The notes under the pieces were generated by a model that was given only the letters and a program-made list of their open reading frames with translations, was not told where the DNA came from and did no database searches. A stretch of DNA of 64,000 bases from Candidatus Omnitrophota bacterium (GTDB lineage: Bacteria; Ratteibacteria; UBA8468; B48-G9; JAFGKM01): the NCBI GenBank assembly GCA_023819375.1, contig JAMWDI010000001.1, positions 4,696 through 68,695 on the forward strand, given 5' to 3'. Shown one piece after another: positions 1 to 9,648 of the stretch (positions within the stretch are counted from its first letter, which is position 1; each line of letters begins with the position of its first letter). The position numbers and the translations under genes were made by a program.

Positions 1-2
1 AA

Positions 3-2096
3 AATATCTATATCAAAAAATGAAAATTTTTTATCTCCAACTTTAATTTCTATTTTTTCTTCCTTTAATGCTTTTACAGGGCAACTTTTCAAACAAGAAT
101 AACACTCTTTGCATAACTTTTTACCTAAATAAATATTATCCTCCTGTAGTTTTAAGTCAGTAATCACTGAAATAAATCTTTGTCTATTCCCAAATTCAGG
201 GGTTAAAATAATTCCATTAAGTCCAATTTCTCCAAGTCCTGAGCATAAAGCAGAAAATCTTGAAATTGTTGCATCATAAAATTTAAACCATTTTCCATAA
301 GGAAAAGTAAATCCCCATGGATGAGCAATTTCTCCACTTGTCTCTCCTGGATCTATCACAATTTTCCCTTTATATCCATTTTTTTCAAGATATTTTACAA
401 GGTCAAGAGCAAGGGCTAATAATTCAAAAGTAACTCTATGTTGAGCATATGCAGAATAAGGACCAATTGTTTCAGATAATGTTTTTCCAGCAGTATCTAA
501 ACAAGCATCTGGATAGTGTAACCCAATAGTTATAACTGACCTTGCATTTTTTAAATAATCAAAACTTTTCTTTATTTTAAATTCTCTTTCAATTACAACA
601 GGAATTGTTTTTCCATAACCTCTTCTTTTAAGGCCATCCTCTATATCTTCTATTTCTATTCTCTTTGTCTTTCCTATAGATGTCTTTTCTATTTGAATTA
701 TTACATTATCAAACCTCTCTGTAGAAGTTATCCCAACTAAATCAGCACCCTTTTGTTTTAAATACTTTTTTAAACTTTCTGAGGATATTCTCTTTTTTGA
801 AATAGAAATCTTCCTTTCATATCTTATTGTTTTTATTTTTGCAGAAGTAAAAACATATCTAAAATGAATATTCTCTCCTATTTTTTCATTTATAACTTTA
901 CCTTTTTCATTCAATTTCCCAAGACCACAGACAACTGCCAAAACATTTTCAGGAAATATTGTTTTTACAAGTGAAGAATAACCTAAATTCTGACATAAAT
1001 GACTTATATCGGAAGATAAAAATCTCATTCTTTCTTCAACTGCCATTTCCATTTCTTTATTGTTATAACTCATACCAAAAACAATAATTGACTTAATGTC
1101 AGGGAGATAATTTTTCATTTCAAATCCATATTCATTAAACTTCTCCACACTTTCAATTGCAAGTAAATCAACATTTTTATCAATACATATTTTTTTTATC
1201 TTTTCTGCTAATTTCTCTGGTTTTATATTTACAATTTCTCTTCTCCTTCTCCAAGTTCTCCCAAATCTTTCATCTTTAAATCTTCTTTCAGGAACCATAC
1301 AAACATACATACAAATTCCTGTATCCGGTCCTCTATTCCCAATTGTATGAATTAACTTTAAAAATGTCTCTTCATCCCCTTTTTCAGCAAATGGTGGGAT
1401 CATATTAAAACTTTCCCATATGCATCTCCATTTGTTTATATCAGGGAATTTAAAAACTTTTCCTCCAATTTCAATCTCATTTATTTTTTTTACTTCTTTT
1501 CTATATGCATCTGTCGGACAATTTTTAACACACTCCATACATCTGTCACATAAAGGTTTTCCATTATACATAGGATCTGGAATAAGTTCTGCTGATGTAA
1601 CAATTGAAGTTAACCTTGTTCTTGCCCCATAAACAGGATGAATAAATAACCCATTCCAACCAATTTCTCCAAGACCTGCTGCAACTCCTGCATATCTATG
1701 AACAAGGTCTGGTGCAAACGGATGATTTATATCTTTATATGGTTTAAATCTCCATATATTACTTGTTGCTATTGGTAATGCTTGATATCCTTTGTTTTCA
1801 AGAAATCTTGCAACCCAGAAAGCAATTGATTCTAATCTTTGATTCATACCTGTACCACTTTGATTTGCTCCATAAATATCATATTGGTGATTTCTCCACT
1901 CTTTTTCTTCAAGTTCTACAGATGCGTCAAGAAAATAAAGTCCAACTACAATTACACTTTTTGCATTTGGTAAAAGTCCTTTTGGAGAAAGCATTAAAGG
2001 AGCATTTTTAAATCTATCAACACTTGCAATACCAACAAAATCCGCTCCTTTTTCTTTTGCAATCTCTTTAACTTTTTCTGTTAGCTTTTTATTCAT
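3..2096 (-). CDS. Tandem three-domain epoxyqueuosine reductase (QueG)/reductive dehalogenase-like 4Fe-4S protein, 3' end beyond window
   Basis: Hand translation from ATG 2096 is open to the window edge: MNKKLTEKVKEIAKEKGADFVGIASVDRF...AAGLGEIGWNGLFIHPVYGARTRLTSIVT...CDRCMECVKNCP. A third repeat reads KGADLVGITS...SGLGEIGLNGIILTPEFGNRQRFISVIT...CKECYSCLKSCP. Absent from the ORF track because it is truncated. Confidence 0.85.
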   Translation of the reverse strand, partial: MNKKLTEKVKEIAKEKGADFVGIASVDRFKNAPLMLSPKGLLPNAKSVIVVGLYFLDASVELEEKEWRNHQYDIYGANQSGTGMNQRLESIAFWVARFLENKGYQALPIATSNIWRFKPYKDINHPFAPDLVHRYAGVAAGLGEIGWNGLFIHPVYGARTRLTSIVTSAELIPDPMYNGKPLCDRCMECVKNCPTDAYRKEVKKINEIEIGGKVFKFPDINKWRCIWESFNMIPPFAEKGDEETFLKLIHTIGNRGPDTGICMYVCMVPERRFKDERFGRTWRRRREIVNIKPEKLAEKIKKICIDKNVDLLAIESVEKFNEYGFEMKNYLPDIKSIIVFGMSYNNKEMEMAVEERMRFLSSDISHLCQNLGYSSLVKTIFPENVLAVVCGLGKLNEKGKVINEKIGENIHFRYVFTSAKIKTIRYERKISISKKRISSESLKKYLKQKGADLVGITSTERFDNVIIQIEKTSIGKTKRIEIEDIEDGLKRRGYGKTIPVVIEREFKIKKSFDYLKNARSVITIGLHYPDACLDTAGKTLSETIGPYSAYAQHRVTFELLALALDLVKYLEKNGYKGKIVIDPGETSGEIAHPWGFTFPYGKWFKFYDATISRFSALCSGLGEIGLNGIILTPEFGNRQRFISVITDLKLQEDNIYLGKKLCKECYSCLKSCPVKALKEEKIEIKVGDKKFSFFDIDI

Positions 2097-2106
2097 TTTT
2101 TTATTC

Positions 2107-2650
2107 TTAATTTTTATCACAAATTTTTAGAATTTCAATTGTTTTTAATGCAATTTCTTTTCTTAATTTCTGATAATCATCAAATCCAATCCCATTTTTA
2201 ACTTTTAAACTTCCACTTACATATCCAGAATCACCACTCAATTCTTTTCCTTCTGTCCAGAAAAAACCATTTCTTGAAGAAAGTTCTTCTATATTAAAAT
2301 TTGAAAGTAATTTTAAAACTTCTTTTTCTACTTCTCCCAAAATTTTTTTATTTTTATCATTTTCAGTTTTTTTCTTTTCATTTAGGATAGTAAAAAAAGT
2401 GTAAATATATTTATAATCATCAACTCCTTCTCTTGCTCCCTCCCATCCAGTTGTAGGGCCTGAAGGATTTCTATCCCATTCAGGATAATAATGAATATAA
2501 TTATTTTTAGGAACATTTAAATCATTATAGATATCTTTCCCATTTGTATAATAAGGTCTTTGATATGCATAAGTTATCATCCCTTCTCCTTCTGTTAACC
2601 ATAAAAGTAATCCATAAGCAAATCTCATACTTTCAGCATTCAACAACAGC
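2107..2650 (-). pseudogene. C-terminal fragment of a DUF4091/GH123-like glycoside hydrolase
   Basis: Motifs MRFAYGLLLW and WEGAREGVDDYKY resemble the DUF4091 C-terminal region. No credible start codon; it abuts the truncated pilin leader out of frame. Confidence 0.6.
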
Positions 2651-2716
2651 AAGGATAGCAATTATCGCAATTACAACCAGTAACTCTATTAGTGTGAATC
2701 CAAATCTTCTTTTCAT
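2633..2716 (-). pseudogene. Truncated prepilin-type N-terminal cleavage/methylation (DUF1559-like) gene, leader only
   Basis: ATG 2716 after SD AAGGGGGTGA gives [27 protein letters not shown], with TGA at 2633-2635. Confidence 0.85.
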
Positions 2717-2721
2717 AAAAA

Positions 2722-3783
2722 TCACCCCCTTTCAAAAACAAAATTTTTTTCAAAATTTATATCAAATTTTGTTTTATTCTTCATTTCTTTACCAGGAACT
2801 ATTAATCTATTTTCATAAACTTCCTCTCCATTTATTAATTTTTCCATAATTTCCATAGTTATTTTGCCCATTTCTTCTTCTGAAAAATTATAATTATGAG
2901 TATCCTTTACAAAAATTTTTTTACCTATAATTTTTTTTGCAATTGTTGCTGTTTTTTCTTCTATCACAATAAGTGAATCAACCGGTTCTTTTAATTTCAG
3001 TATTTCCATTACACATCTTTCTCCATCTTTTTTTGTATAATTACTTTCTTTAACTATTGTTTCATCATAGGGTATTTTATTTTTAGAAAGAGCATTTATA
3101 TATCCTTTTAAAAATAACAAACTTAAAGATATTGCACCAAGTTTTTTTGCCTGAGTTGCAGGTCCTATTATTAAACCTATTCTTTTATATCCTTTATTTA
3201 TTAATTCTTCTGTTATCTTTTCACCCAAAAATTCAAAATCGGGAAGAATATATGGAACTAAAAGACCTTCATATCCATGGCCAACAAGAACAACAGGTAT
3301 ATTTTTTTCTTTTATAAATAAAATATCTTTTCTTTCAATAAAATCCGCTATTATAACTCCATTCAATTCTCTTTTCTCTATAGAATTAAGAAATAAAGAA
3401 CCTTTTTTCCCCTCAACACTCCTTCCTTCAAGAGAGAAGATTACAAAATGATAATTTTTACTCTTTGAATATTTTTTAATTCCTAAAAGAAACTCATTCA
3501 CCCCAGGATTTTTTAAACTTTCAATATTGGAAAATAAAATACCAATATTTTTAACTTCTTTTTTTTCTTCTTTAAAAAATCTACTTACATAAGTTCCTTT
3601 CCCTTTTATCCTATATATGTATCCTTCTCTTTCCAATTCCTCTAATGCTCTTATAACAGTAATTCCACTATATCCATATTTTCTCATTAAATAATTCTGT
3701 GAATAAAATAAATCTCCAACTTTAAATTTTTCCTTTATTTCTTTCTCTAAAATTTTTTTTAATCTTATATAATTCGGTATCAT
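2722..3783 (-). CDS. GntR-family HTH plus LacI-type sugar-binding domain transcriptional regulator
   Basis: N-terminal TVIRALEELEREGYIYRIKGKGTYV, followed by a periplasmic-binding-protein-like domain. Close paralogue of 13681..14697. Confidence 0.9.
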   Translation of the reverse strand: MIPNYIRLKKILEKEIKEKFKVGDLFYSQNYLMRKYGYSGITVIRALEELEREGYIYRIKGKGTYVSRFFKEEKKEVKNIGILFSNIESLKNPGVNEFLLGIKKYSKSKNYHFVIFSLEGRSVEGKKGSLFLNSIEKRELNGVIIADFIERKDILFIKEKNIPVVLVGHGYEGLLVPYILPDFEFLGEKITEELINKGYKRIGLIIGPATQAKKLGAISLSLLFLKGYINALSKNKIPYDETIVKESNYTKKDGERCVMEILKLKEPVDSLIVIEEKTATIAKKIIGKKIFVKDTHNYNFSEEEMGKITMEIMEKLINGEEVYENRLIVPGKEMKNKTKFDINFEKNFVFERG

Positions 3784-3786
3784 TTT

Positions 3787-3838
3787 CTTATTCGCTTATG
3801 CGTATAAGTTATTTTAACTTAAATTTCATTTTTGTCAA
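3787..3838 (-). promoter_or_regulatory. Sigma70-type promoter and putative operator of the regulator gene
   Basis: TTGACA (3833-3838), 16 bp, TAAAAT (3811-3816) on the minus strand. Repeat CTTATTCG-CTTATGCG-TATAAG at 3787-3808. Confidence 0.6.
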
Positions 3839-3851
3839 GTAAAAATCTTTA

Positions 3852-5024
3852 TTAGAAATTCAAATGATTTTTATACTCATCCTCTGCTTTCAAAACATCA
3901 CCGTCTTTCATTACAAGAAGAATATTTTTATTATCAAGAAGGATATTTACATTCTTTAAAGGGTCTCCTTTTACAATGAAAAGGTCTGCTTTTTTGCCAA
4001 TTTCGATTGTTCCAACTTTATCATCTATACCAAAAATTTCAGAATTTACCTTTGTTGCAAAAATAATCGCATCAATTGGCTTTACTCCGCATTTAACCAG
4101 TTCACATATTTCATTCATAATATCTCCTGGTCCACCATCTGTCCCAATACCAATTTTAATTCCCATTTTATACGCCTTCTCAACAAACTTTCTGTGATGT
4201 GGACTTACCTCTTTCATCCTTTTTCTCATAAATTCAGGCAAATCAGGGTTATTATAAACTTTTTCACTTGTAATATGTAAAGTCGGCATATAATAAAGTT
4301 CTTTCTCTTTAATTTTCTCCAGTCCATCTTCGTCAATTAAAACACCATGAAGAATTACATCACATTTAGATTCTATTGCTATTTTAAGTCCTGGATTGGC
4401 ATGAGCATGAACACAAACAATTTTTCCTTTTGAGTGTGTTTCATCAACAAGAGCAGAAAGTTCTTCATATGTATAATCACGATTACCAAGTTCTTCATGA
4501 ACCCACATAAATCCACCAGTTGCAGATGTTTTTATAAAATCAGCTCCTTCTGATATAAGTTCTCTTACTGCTTTTCTTACTTCCCATGGACCATCTGCAT
4601 TTTTTCCCCTTACATGGCCTCCTGTAGGATTTATTATTCCACCAACAAGTAATTTTGAACAGAATTTCAAATTTCCTTCTTCAATTATTTTCTTCAATAT
4701 AACATTTTCAGGACATCCACCTGCATTTGCAACTGTTGTTGTTCCCCAAAAAAGAAATTTCTGCAATTTATCAACTGCCTTTATATTTTGAATAATATGT
4801 CCTTTAAAATCAAGTTGGCCAGGAAAACTTGTAAGATGTGTATGCCCTTCTATAAACCCTGGAAGAACTGTATTGCCTTTTGCGTCAATAATTTCTGAAT
4901 CTTTTGGAATTTTTTTATTTTTATCAATTGATACAATTTTATCTTTTTCTATAAAAATCTTTCCATTCTCAATTATCTCTTTTTCTTTTCCAGTTATAAT
5001 TCTTGCATTTATTATTACTTTCAT
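3852..5024 (-). CDS. Metal-dependent amidohydrolase (prolidase/imidazolonepropionase-like)
   Basis: LPGFIEGHTH, GADFIK, VHAHA, GIGTDGG and GTIEIGKKAD motifs. Confidence 0.9.
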   Translation of the reverse strand: MKVIINARIITGKEKEIIENGKIFIEKDKIVSIDKNKKIPKDSEIIDAKGNTVLPGFIEGHTHLTSFPGQLDFKGHIIQNIKAVDKLQKFLFWGTTTVANAGGCPENVILKKIIEEGNLKFCSKLLVGGIINPTGGHVRGKNADGPWEVRKAVRELISEGADFIKTSATGGFMWVHEELGNRDYTYEELSALVDETHSKGKIVCVHAHANPGLKIAIESKCDVILHGVLIDEDGLEKIKEKELYYMPTLHITSEKVYNNPDLPEFMRKRMKEVSPHHRKFVEKAYKMGIKIGIGTDGGPGDIMNEICELVKCGVKPIDAIIFATKVNSEIFGIDDKVGTIEIGKKADLFIVKGDPLKNVNILLDNKNILLVMKDGDVLKAEDEYKNHLNF

Positions 5025-5026
5025 CT

Positions 5027-5175
5027 TTATTCAATTATACATATTTCATTCCAGTCATTCAATCTAACATTTATCTCCCATCCCTTACCTTTCTTCTCTA
5101 TCTTAAAATTATGTTGTTTTTCTCTTCCTTTTAAATCAAACAGATATACTTTCGTCTCTTTGGAAAATTTAAAAA
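5027..5175 (-). pseudogene. Orphan 3' gene fragment truncated next to the IS remnant
   Basis: Open frame FSKETKVYLFDLKGREKQHNFKIEKKGKGWEINVRLNDWNEICIIE* ends 2 nt before the amidohydrolase ATG. No start codon; loosely resembles the beta-rich C-terminus of the 970-aa protein. Confidence 0.5.
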
Positions 5176-5199
5176 TTTTTGAAATACAACTTATTGATG

Positions 5200-5830
5200 G
5201 TAGTTATAAAAAATATTGTGTATAAAAGGTTAAGATTTATAATTTAGATAAAGATTGAAAGAAGGAAAAAATAGAAAAATGGGAAATGACAAAAAAAGAG
5301 GGTTGAAGAGAATAAAGGAAGAAGTAATAAAGAAGATACTCCAGACATAAGCAAAGAAGACAAAATAGGATTAAAAGTATTTTTGTGAAGAGTTAATAAA
5401 TTTTATCTAATTGGTAAAAGTGAGGGAATTTATTTCCGAGAGCAGACCATCAGTTATGTTATGTTCATTTGATAAGAAATGGTAAAAAGGAATATGGGAA
5501 AAAAAGATTACAGGAAATTTAAAGAGAGTTTAAAAAGATATTGATAAATTGTGATGAATTTGAAGAAGGTAAAGGAGAATTTTAAAGATATGTGAGATTC
5601 ATGATAAGAAGGAAGCCAAAAGTTTATATATCTGACTAATGGATAGGAAAATATAAATAGACAGATAGATGAGAAAAGGGTTATATGTGAGAGATATTTT
5701 TTCAATCAAAGCAAATAATATATCAATTTTTATTTAATTTATAAGAAATTAAAAAAGCAAAATGGAGAAAGTCGGTATCAATTAAATCATTTTATATTTA
5801 AATATCCATACTATACTGAATAGTTGGCCT
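5200..5830 (+). mobile_element. Degenerate IS256-family (Mutator-type) transposase remnant
   Basis: 5430-5480 translates LFPRADHQLCYVHLIRN, matching the IS256 FPxAxxQxCxxHxxRN motif. Flanking purine-rich sequence has multiple stops and frameshifts; boundaries are approximate. Confidence 0.75.
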
Positions 5831-5915
5831 GACATGGTAATAATATTCTATTCAATGAAAAATCCTTTTTCTGTCAAAATTTCATAAAAACGTGCGATTA
5901 TATATCCCAAATAAT

Positions 5916-8828
5916 TTATTTTGCTTTCTCAATTATAATGATATTTCCTGGAGAAACTTCAATTTTTATTTTGTTTTCATAATAATTTACTGGTGGATTT
6001 GGATTTATACATTCTCCTTTTTCATTGTATATATAAATTTTTGCTTTATATTTTCCATCCCAACCATACTCACCTGATTTTGCTGTAATAATTCTTTCTT
6101 TTCCTTTAATCCATCCAGAATGTATCTCCTCAATTGTGATTGGATAAAATTTTGTAACAATGTCACTCTGATAATCAAGATGAGTTCTAACATAAATTGT
6201 TCCATAATACAATCTATCAACTAACTCTCTCATTGATGGTTTACCAAATCCATATGCTAAAGGTGTGTTAAGATGAGTTTCATATGCTCTCAAAATCAAA
6301 TCTTGGGTTTCAACAAAAGATAAAGTATTTATTCTTTTCTTTGTTCTTGCAGCACCATTGAATAATACAAAACCTTCTTTATTTTTAAATTTTTCATACA
6401 TACTCATTATAAAATCATCACAAAGTAAAACAAGGTATCCATATTTTTTTTCAATTTTTTTTGTTTCTGGATTTATTATTGCTGAATATCCGTCCCATGT
6501 GTTATATGTTCTATCATTTTCACCAATTATTCCGGGTCCTGTGCTTTCATCCCAATAAATCCAGTCAAATTTTATATCCTCTAAATAAAAATCAATTAAT
6601 TTTGTAAATGCTTTTCCATAAGAATTTGTAAGTGTTGGAAATACTGGTTGATAATTATAATATATTTGATTATTATATTGAGAAACTGCTCTTTTCCCTT
6701 CTTTATCTACAATCCAACTATCCTTAAAAGTAGGGTCGTCTGGTTTTTCAGGACAGATGAAGTAACAATGAGTATAAGGTGCTATTTTTAAACCACTATT
6801 TATTTTCTTTAATTTTGCTACTGCTTGTCTCATTTTTTCAATTTCATCTTTAAATATTGGGTTAAAAAGACCTGGGCCGTATGCAACAACTTTTCTATTA
6901 TCATATTCAGGAACAGGTTCAGGAGTTCTCACTTCCCAGAAAACAATATATTTCGCCTTCTTATGTTCTATCCACTTTCTCAATTCTTCCTCACTCATAC
7001 TCAAAACACTACTATAATTGATAAAATAAACAGGGCCATCAATAGTTATATTATTTGAACCCCAGTCCTTTCTTACAAGATTTATAAAATCGTAATAGTC
7101 ATCACTATCAATAAAATAGACACTCCACGAAATTTTATATGATTTTTTTGGTCCAAGACAAAAATTATCATCCCTTATTCCTGTTATTCTTTTATCAAGG
7201 TTATAAAATAAAACTCCATGGTTTCTATAAACATCGTCATTCGCTACTATTCCTATTCCTGAATTTTTAAAAGGATAAAATATTGTTGGATTAACTGGAC
7301 AATTTAAATTATTTAAACTCTGACTTGTTCTACCTGCCATCCTTGCAAAATAAACTGGTAAATTTTCAAAGTCTATATAATTCGAAAACATAATTCCAAT
7401 ATCTTCTGAAGTTAAATTTGTAATTTCATCTTCTATTAAAACATTTTTGGAATTTAATTTAATTTTTCTATTTATGCTGTAAAATTTCCCTTTTGCATAT
7501 ATTTCCCCTTCAGTTTTTGTATTTTTCTTTATCTTTATTTCCCATTCTTTTTCATTTTCAGAAGATATGTCTTTTCCAAGTTTGTTAAACTTACCGTCAG
7601 GATATGAAAATATTGATTCTAAAAGTAAATAATTATTTTGAAATTTAAGTTTTATCCCTCCCTGCTTTGTTATTTCTAATTCAGGAATGCCTTTTAATTC
7701 CACTTTTTCAATATCTGTCTTTTTCTCTTCTTGGCTTTCTTCTATTACAAGTTCTACATTTACAAACAAAGATAAGTCCATTTTTGTATCTTGCTCTTTT
7801 ACTTTTGAATATAAATTTTTAATACACAATTGATTTGTCCCAGTTTCATTCAACAAATCTGTTATATCAATTTTATATGTAAAAGGGTCTTTGATTCCAC
7901 CTGTATAACCTGAAACATCTGTATTAAAATCAGGGACAAAAAAGGTTAACCATATACCATCTCCAAGATTAAAAAATACCTCTCCTGTTTTTTTTGAAAA
8001 AGAAAATGGCTTATCAATTAATCTTCTGGTTTTTCTATCAATTGAAGCATCAACAGGATTATCATTTAGAAGTATTTTCATATAATAACCATAGCCCGCT
8101 GGTTTTTCACTTTGTCTTCTCACTGTTAGTTTTAAACAATAATTTTTGTTTTTTTCTTTTAAAGGTAAAGAAAAAACTCTTATTTCATCTGCTGGTATTT
8201 TTTCCTCTTGAGCAATTTTCAAAACTTCTTCTTTTTTTACTTCTTTTTTAAAAGGATTTACACCTTTTTCGTAAATTACTTTTATATTTTTAAAATGAAG
8301 TGGAATTTTTGACCAAGGTCGAGGTATCCTTATCATCTTCAATTCATTTTCACCTTCCTTAACAAATTCAGTTATATCAAAAATAAATTCACACGCCTTT
8401 ACAATTTGATTGGTTTCTTTATCAATAGGTGTATACAAAAAATGAGAATCAACTGAAGTAAAATCTGGAGAAATTGGTATCATCCATGAATTATTACTAT
8501 ACCAAGGAATTTCTCTCTCGGGTTTTCCTTTTAATTTAAAAATACTACCTTTATTTATCAACTTCACAGGGTCTTTTATTCTTTCTCCATTTATTTCTAT
8601 CACTAAAGCATCTGCATATCCACCAACTTTATCTAATGTTTCATCTCCTGCCCTTGCCAAAAAATATAATTTTGCATTTTTAACCTCTGGTAATCTAAAA
8701 GATAAAGAAAGTTGTTCTCCACTTGGCACATTCACTTCTTTTTCAAGTTGGGTTAAATTTATCTCATCTGAAAAAAGAAAAAATGAGAAAAAAACTAAAA
8801 ACAAAATAATATTCTTCACACTTTTCAT
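5916..8828 (-). CDS. Large secreted protein, probable glycoside hydrolase-like (two N-terminal repeated beta domains plus C-terminal barrel)
   Basis: Signal peptide MKSVKNIILFLVFFSFFLFS. Two similar N-terminal modules end in FDITEFVKEGENEL and IDITDLLNETGTNQL. FDWIYWDES is reminiscent of TIM-barrel GH catalytic strands. Confidence 0.6.
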   Translation of the reverse strand: MKSVKNIILFLVFFSFFLFSDEINLTQLEKEVNVPSGEQLSLSFRLPEVKNAKLYFLARAGDETLDKVGGYADALVIEINGERIKDPVKLINKGSIFKLKGKPEREIPWYSNNSWMIPISPDFTSVDSHFLYTPIDKETNQIVKACEFIFDITEFVKEGENELKMIRIPRPWSKIPLHFKNIKVIYEKGVNPFKKEVKKEEVLKIAQEEKIPADEIRVFSLPLKEKNKNYCLKLTVRRQSEKPAGYGYYMKILLNDNPVDASIDRKTRRLIDKPFSFSKKTGEVFFNLGDGIWLTFFVPDFNTDVSGYTGGIKDPFTYKIDITDLLNETGTNQLCIKNLYSKVKEQDTKMDLSLFVNVELVIEESQEEKKTDIEKVELKGIPELEITKQGGIKLKFQNNYLLLESIFSYPDGKFNKLGKDISSENEKEWEIKIKKNTKTEGEIYAKGKFYSINRKIKLNSKNVLIEDEITNLTSEDIGIMFSNYIDFENLPVYFARMAGRTSQSLNNLNCPVNPTIFYPFKNSGIGIVANDDVYRNHGVLFYNLDKRITGIRDDNFCLGPKKSYKISWSVYFIDSDDYYDFINLVRKDWGSNNITIDGPVYFINYSSVLSMSEEELRKWIEHKKAKYIVFWEVRTPEPVPEYDNRKVVAYGPGLFNPIFKDEIEKMRQAVAKLKKINSGLKIAPYTHCYFICPEKPDDPTFKDSWIVDKEGKRAVSQYNNQIYYNYQPVFPTLTNSYGKAFTKLIDFYLEDIKFDWIYWDESTGPGIIGENDRTYNTWDGYSAIINPETKKIEKKYGYLVLLCDDFIMSMYEKFKNKEGFVLFNGAARTKKRINTLSFVETQDLILRAYETHLNTPLAYGFGKPSMRELVDRLYYGTIYVRTHLDYQSDIVTKFYPITIEEIHSGWIKGKERIITAKSGEYGWDGKYKAKIYIYNEKGECINPNPPVNYYENKIKIEVSPGNIIIIEKAK

Positions 8829-8850
8829 AAATTTCTCCTTTTTCCATTTT

Positions 8851-9609
8851 TTATTTTCTTCTCCATAATGAATCAGAAGCGGTGGATTGACTTAAATCAC
8901 CACCACCAATTATATAAGGATTTGAAGGATTATTTATTTTTCTCCAGGTTGCATGTCCATCACACCATAAAATATTCAGCCCTCCCTGATGTCTTATTTC
9001 AGGCTGTTCATAATTCGTATAATAATCATCACAAATAAAAGCTCCTGTTGTTGGAGCATTTCTTCTAAATGTATCTATTAATAAAATAACTTTATCTGGT
9101 TGTCTAAGTTGTCCCCATTTTGCAGGTGGTGAATAAAGTGTTTGAGGACTAACATATCTAAAACTACTACCTATATGTCTAAAGTTGTATCCATAAGATA
9201 TATAGTAACAACCATACGTCCAACTATTTTTTAACTTCCACATTTCTATAAAATATTTTTTATGGTTTTTTACCGCAGATGGACAGAAAAGTATATTCCA
9301 CCTCTCTAAACCGTATCCTCTTCCACCACTTAAATATCCGTTAAAAATTAAATTTGAAACCCAGCCTCCCCAATTTGAATAAACATTTGAATACAAATAA
9401 TGAGGGAAATAATCATCATTATCCTGTGTATACATAAGCATAGCAAGTCCAATTTGTTTTAAATTGTTTAAACATACTGCCTGACGTGCCCTTTCTCTTG
9501 CCTGTGATAATGCAGGTAATAATATCGCTGCAAGAATTGTAATTATTGCAATCACAACAAGCAATTCTATAAGAGTAAATCCCTCCCTTTCCTTTCTTCT
9601 TCTATCCAT
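8851..9609 (-). CDS. Prepilin-type N-terminal cleavage/methylation, H-X9-DG (DUF1559-like) protein
   Basis: [47 protein letters not shown]; C-terminal [14 protein letters not shown]. Confidence 0.93.
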   Translation of the reverse strand: MDRRRKEREGFTLIELLVVIAIITILAAILLPALSQARERARQAVCLNNLKQIGLAMLMYTQDNDDYFPHYLYSNVYSNWGGWVSNLIFNGYLSGGRGYGLERWNILFCPSAVKNHKKYFIEMWKLKNSWTYGCYYISYGYNFRHIGSSFRYVSPQTLYSPPAKWGQLRQPDKVILLIDTFRRNAPTTGAFICDDYYTNYEQPEIRHQGGLNILWCDGHATWRKINNPSNPYIIGGGDLSQSTASDSLWRRK

Positions 9610-9648
9610 TTTTTCACCCCCTTTCCCTCCATTTATAGTGGAGTTTAT

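Noticed and set aside
1420-2011. Plus-strand ORFs 1420..1632 and 1763..2011
   Set aside because: Antisense shadows of the long minus-strand QueG-like ORF.
9627-9643. Short inverted repeat CTCCAT-TTATA-GTGGAG between the regulator and the pilin gene
   Set aside because: The stem is weak and mismatched on the transcribed strand with no U-tract, so it cannot be supported as a terminator.
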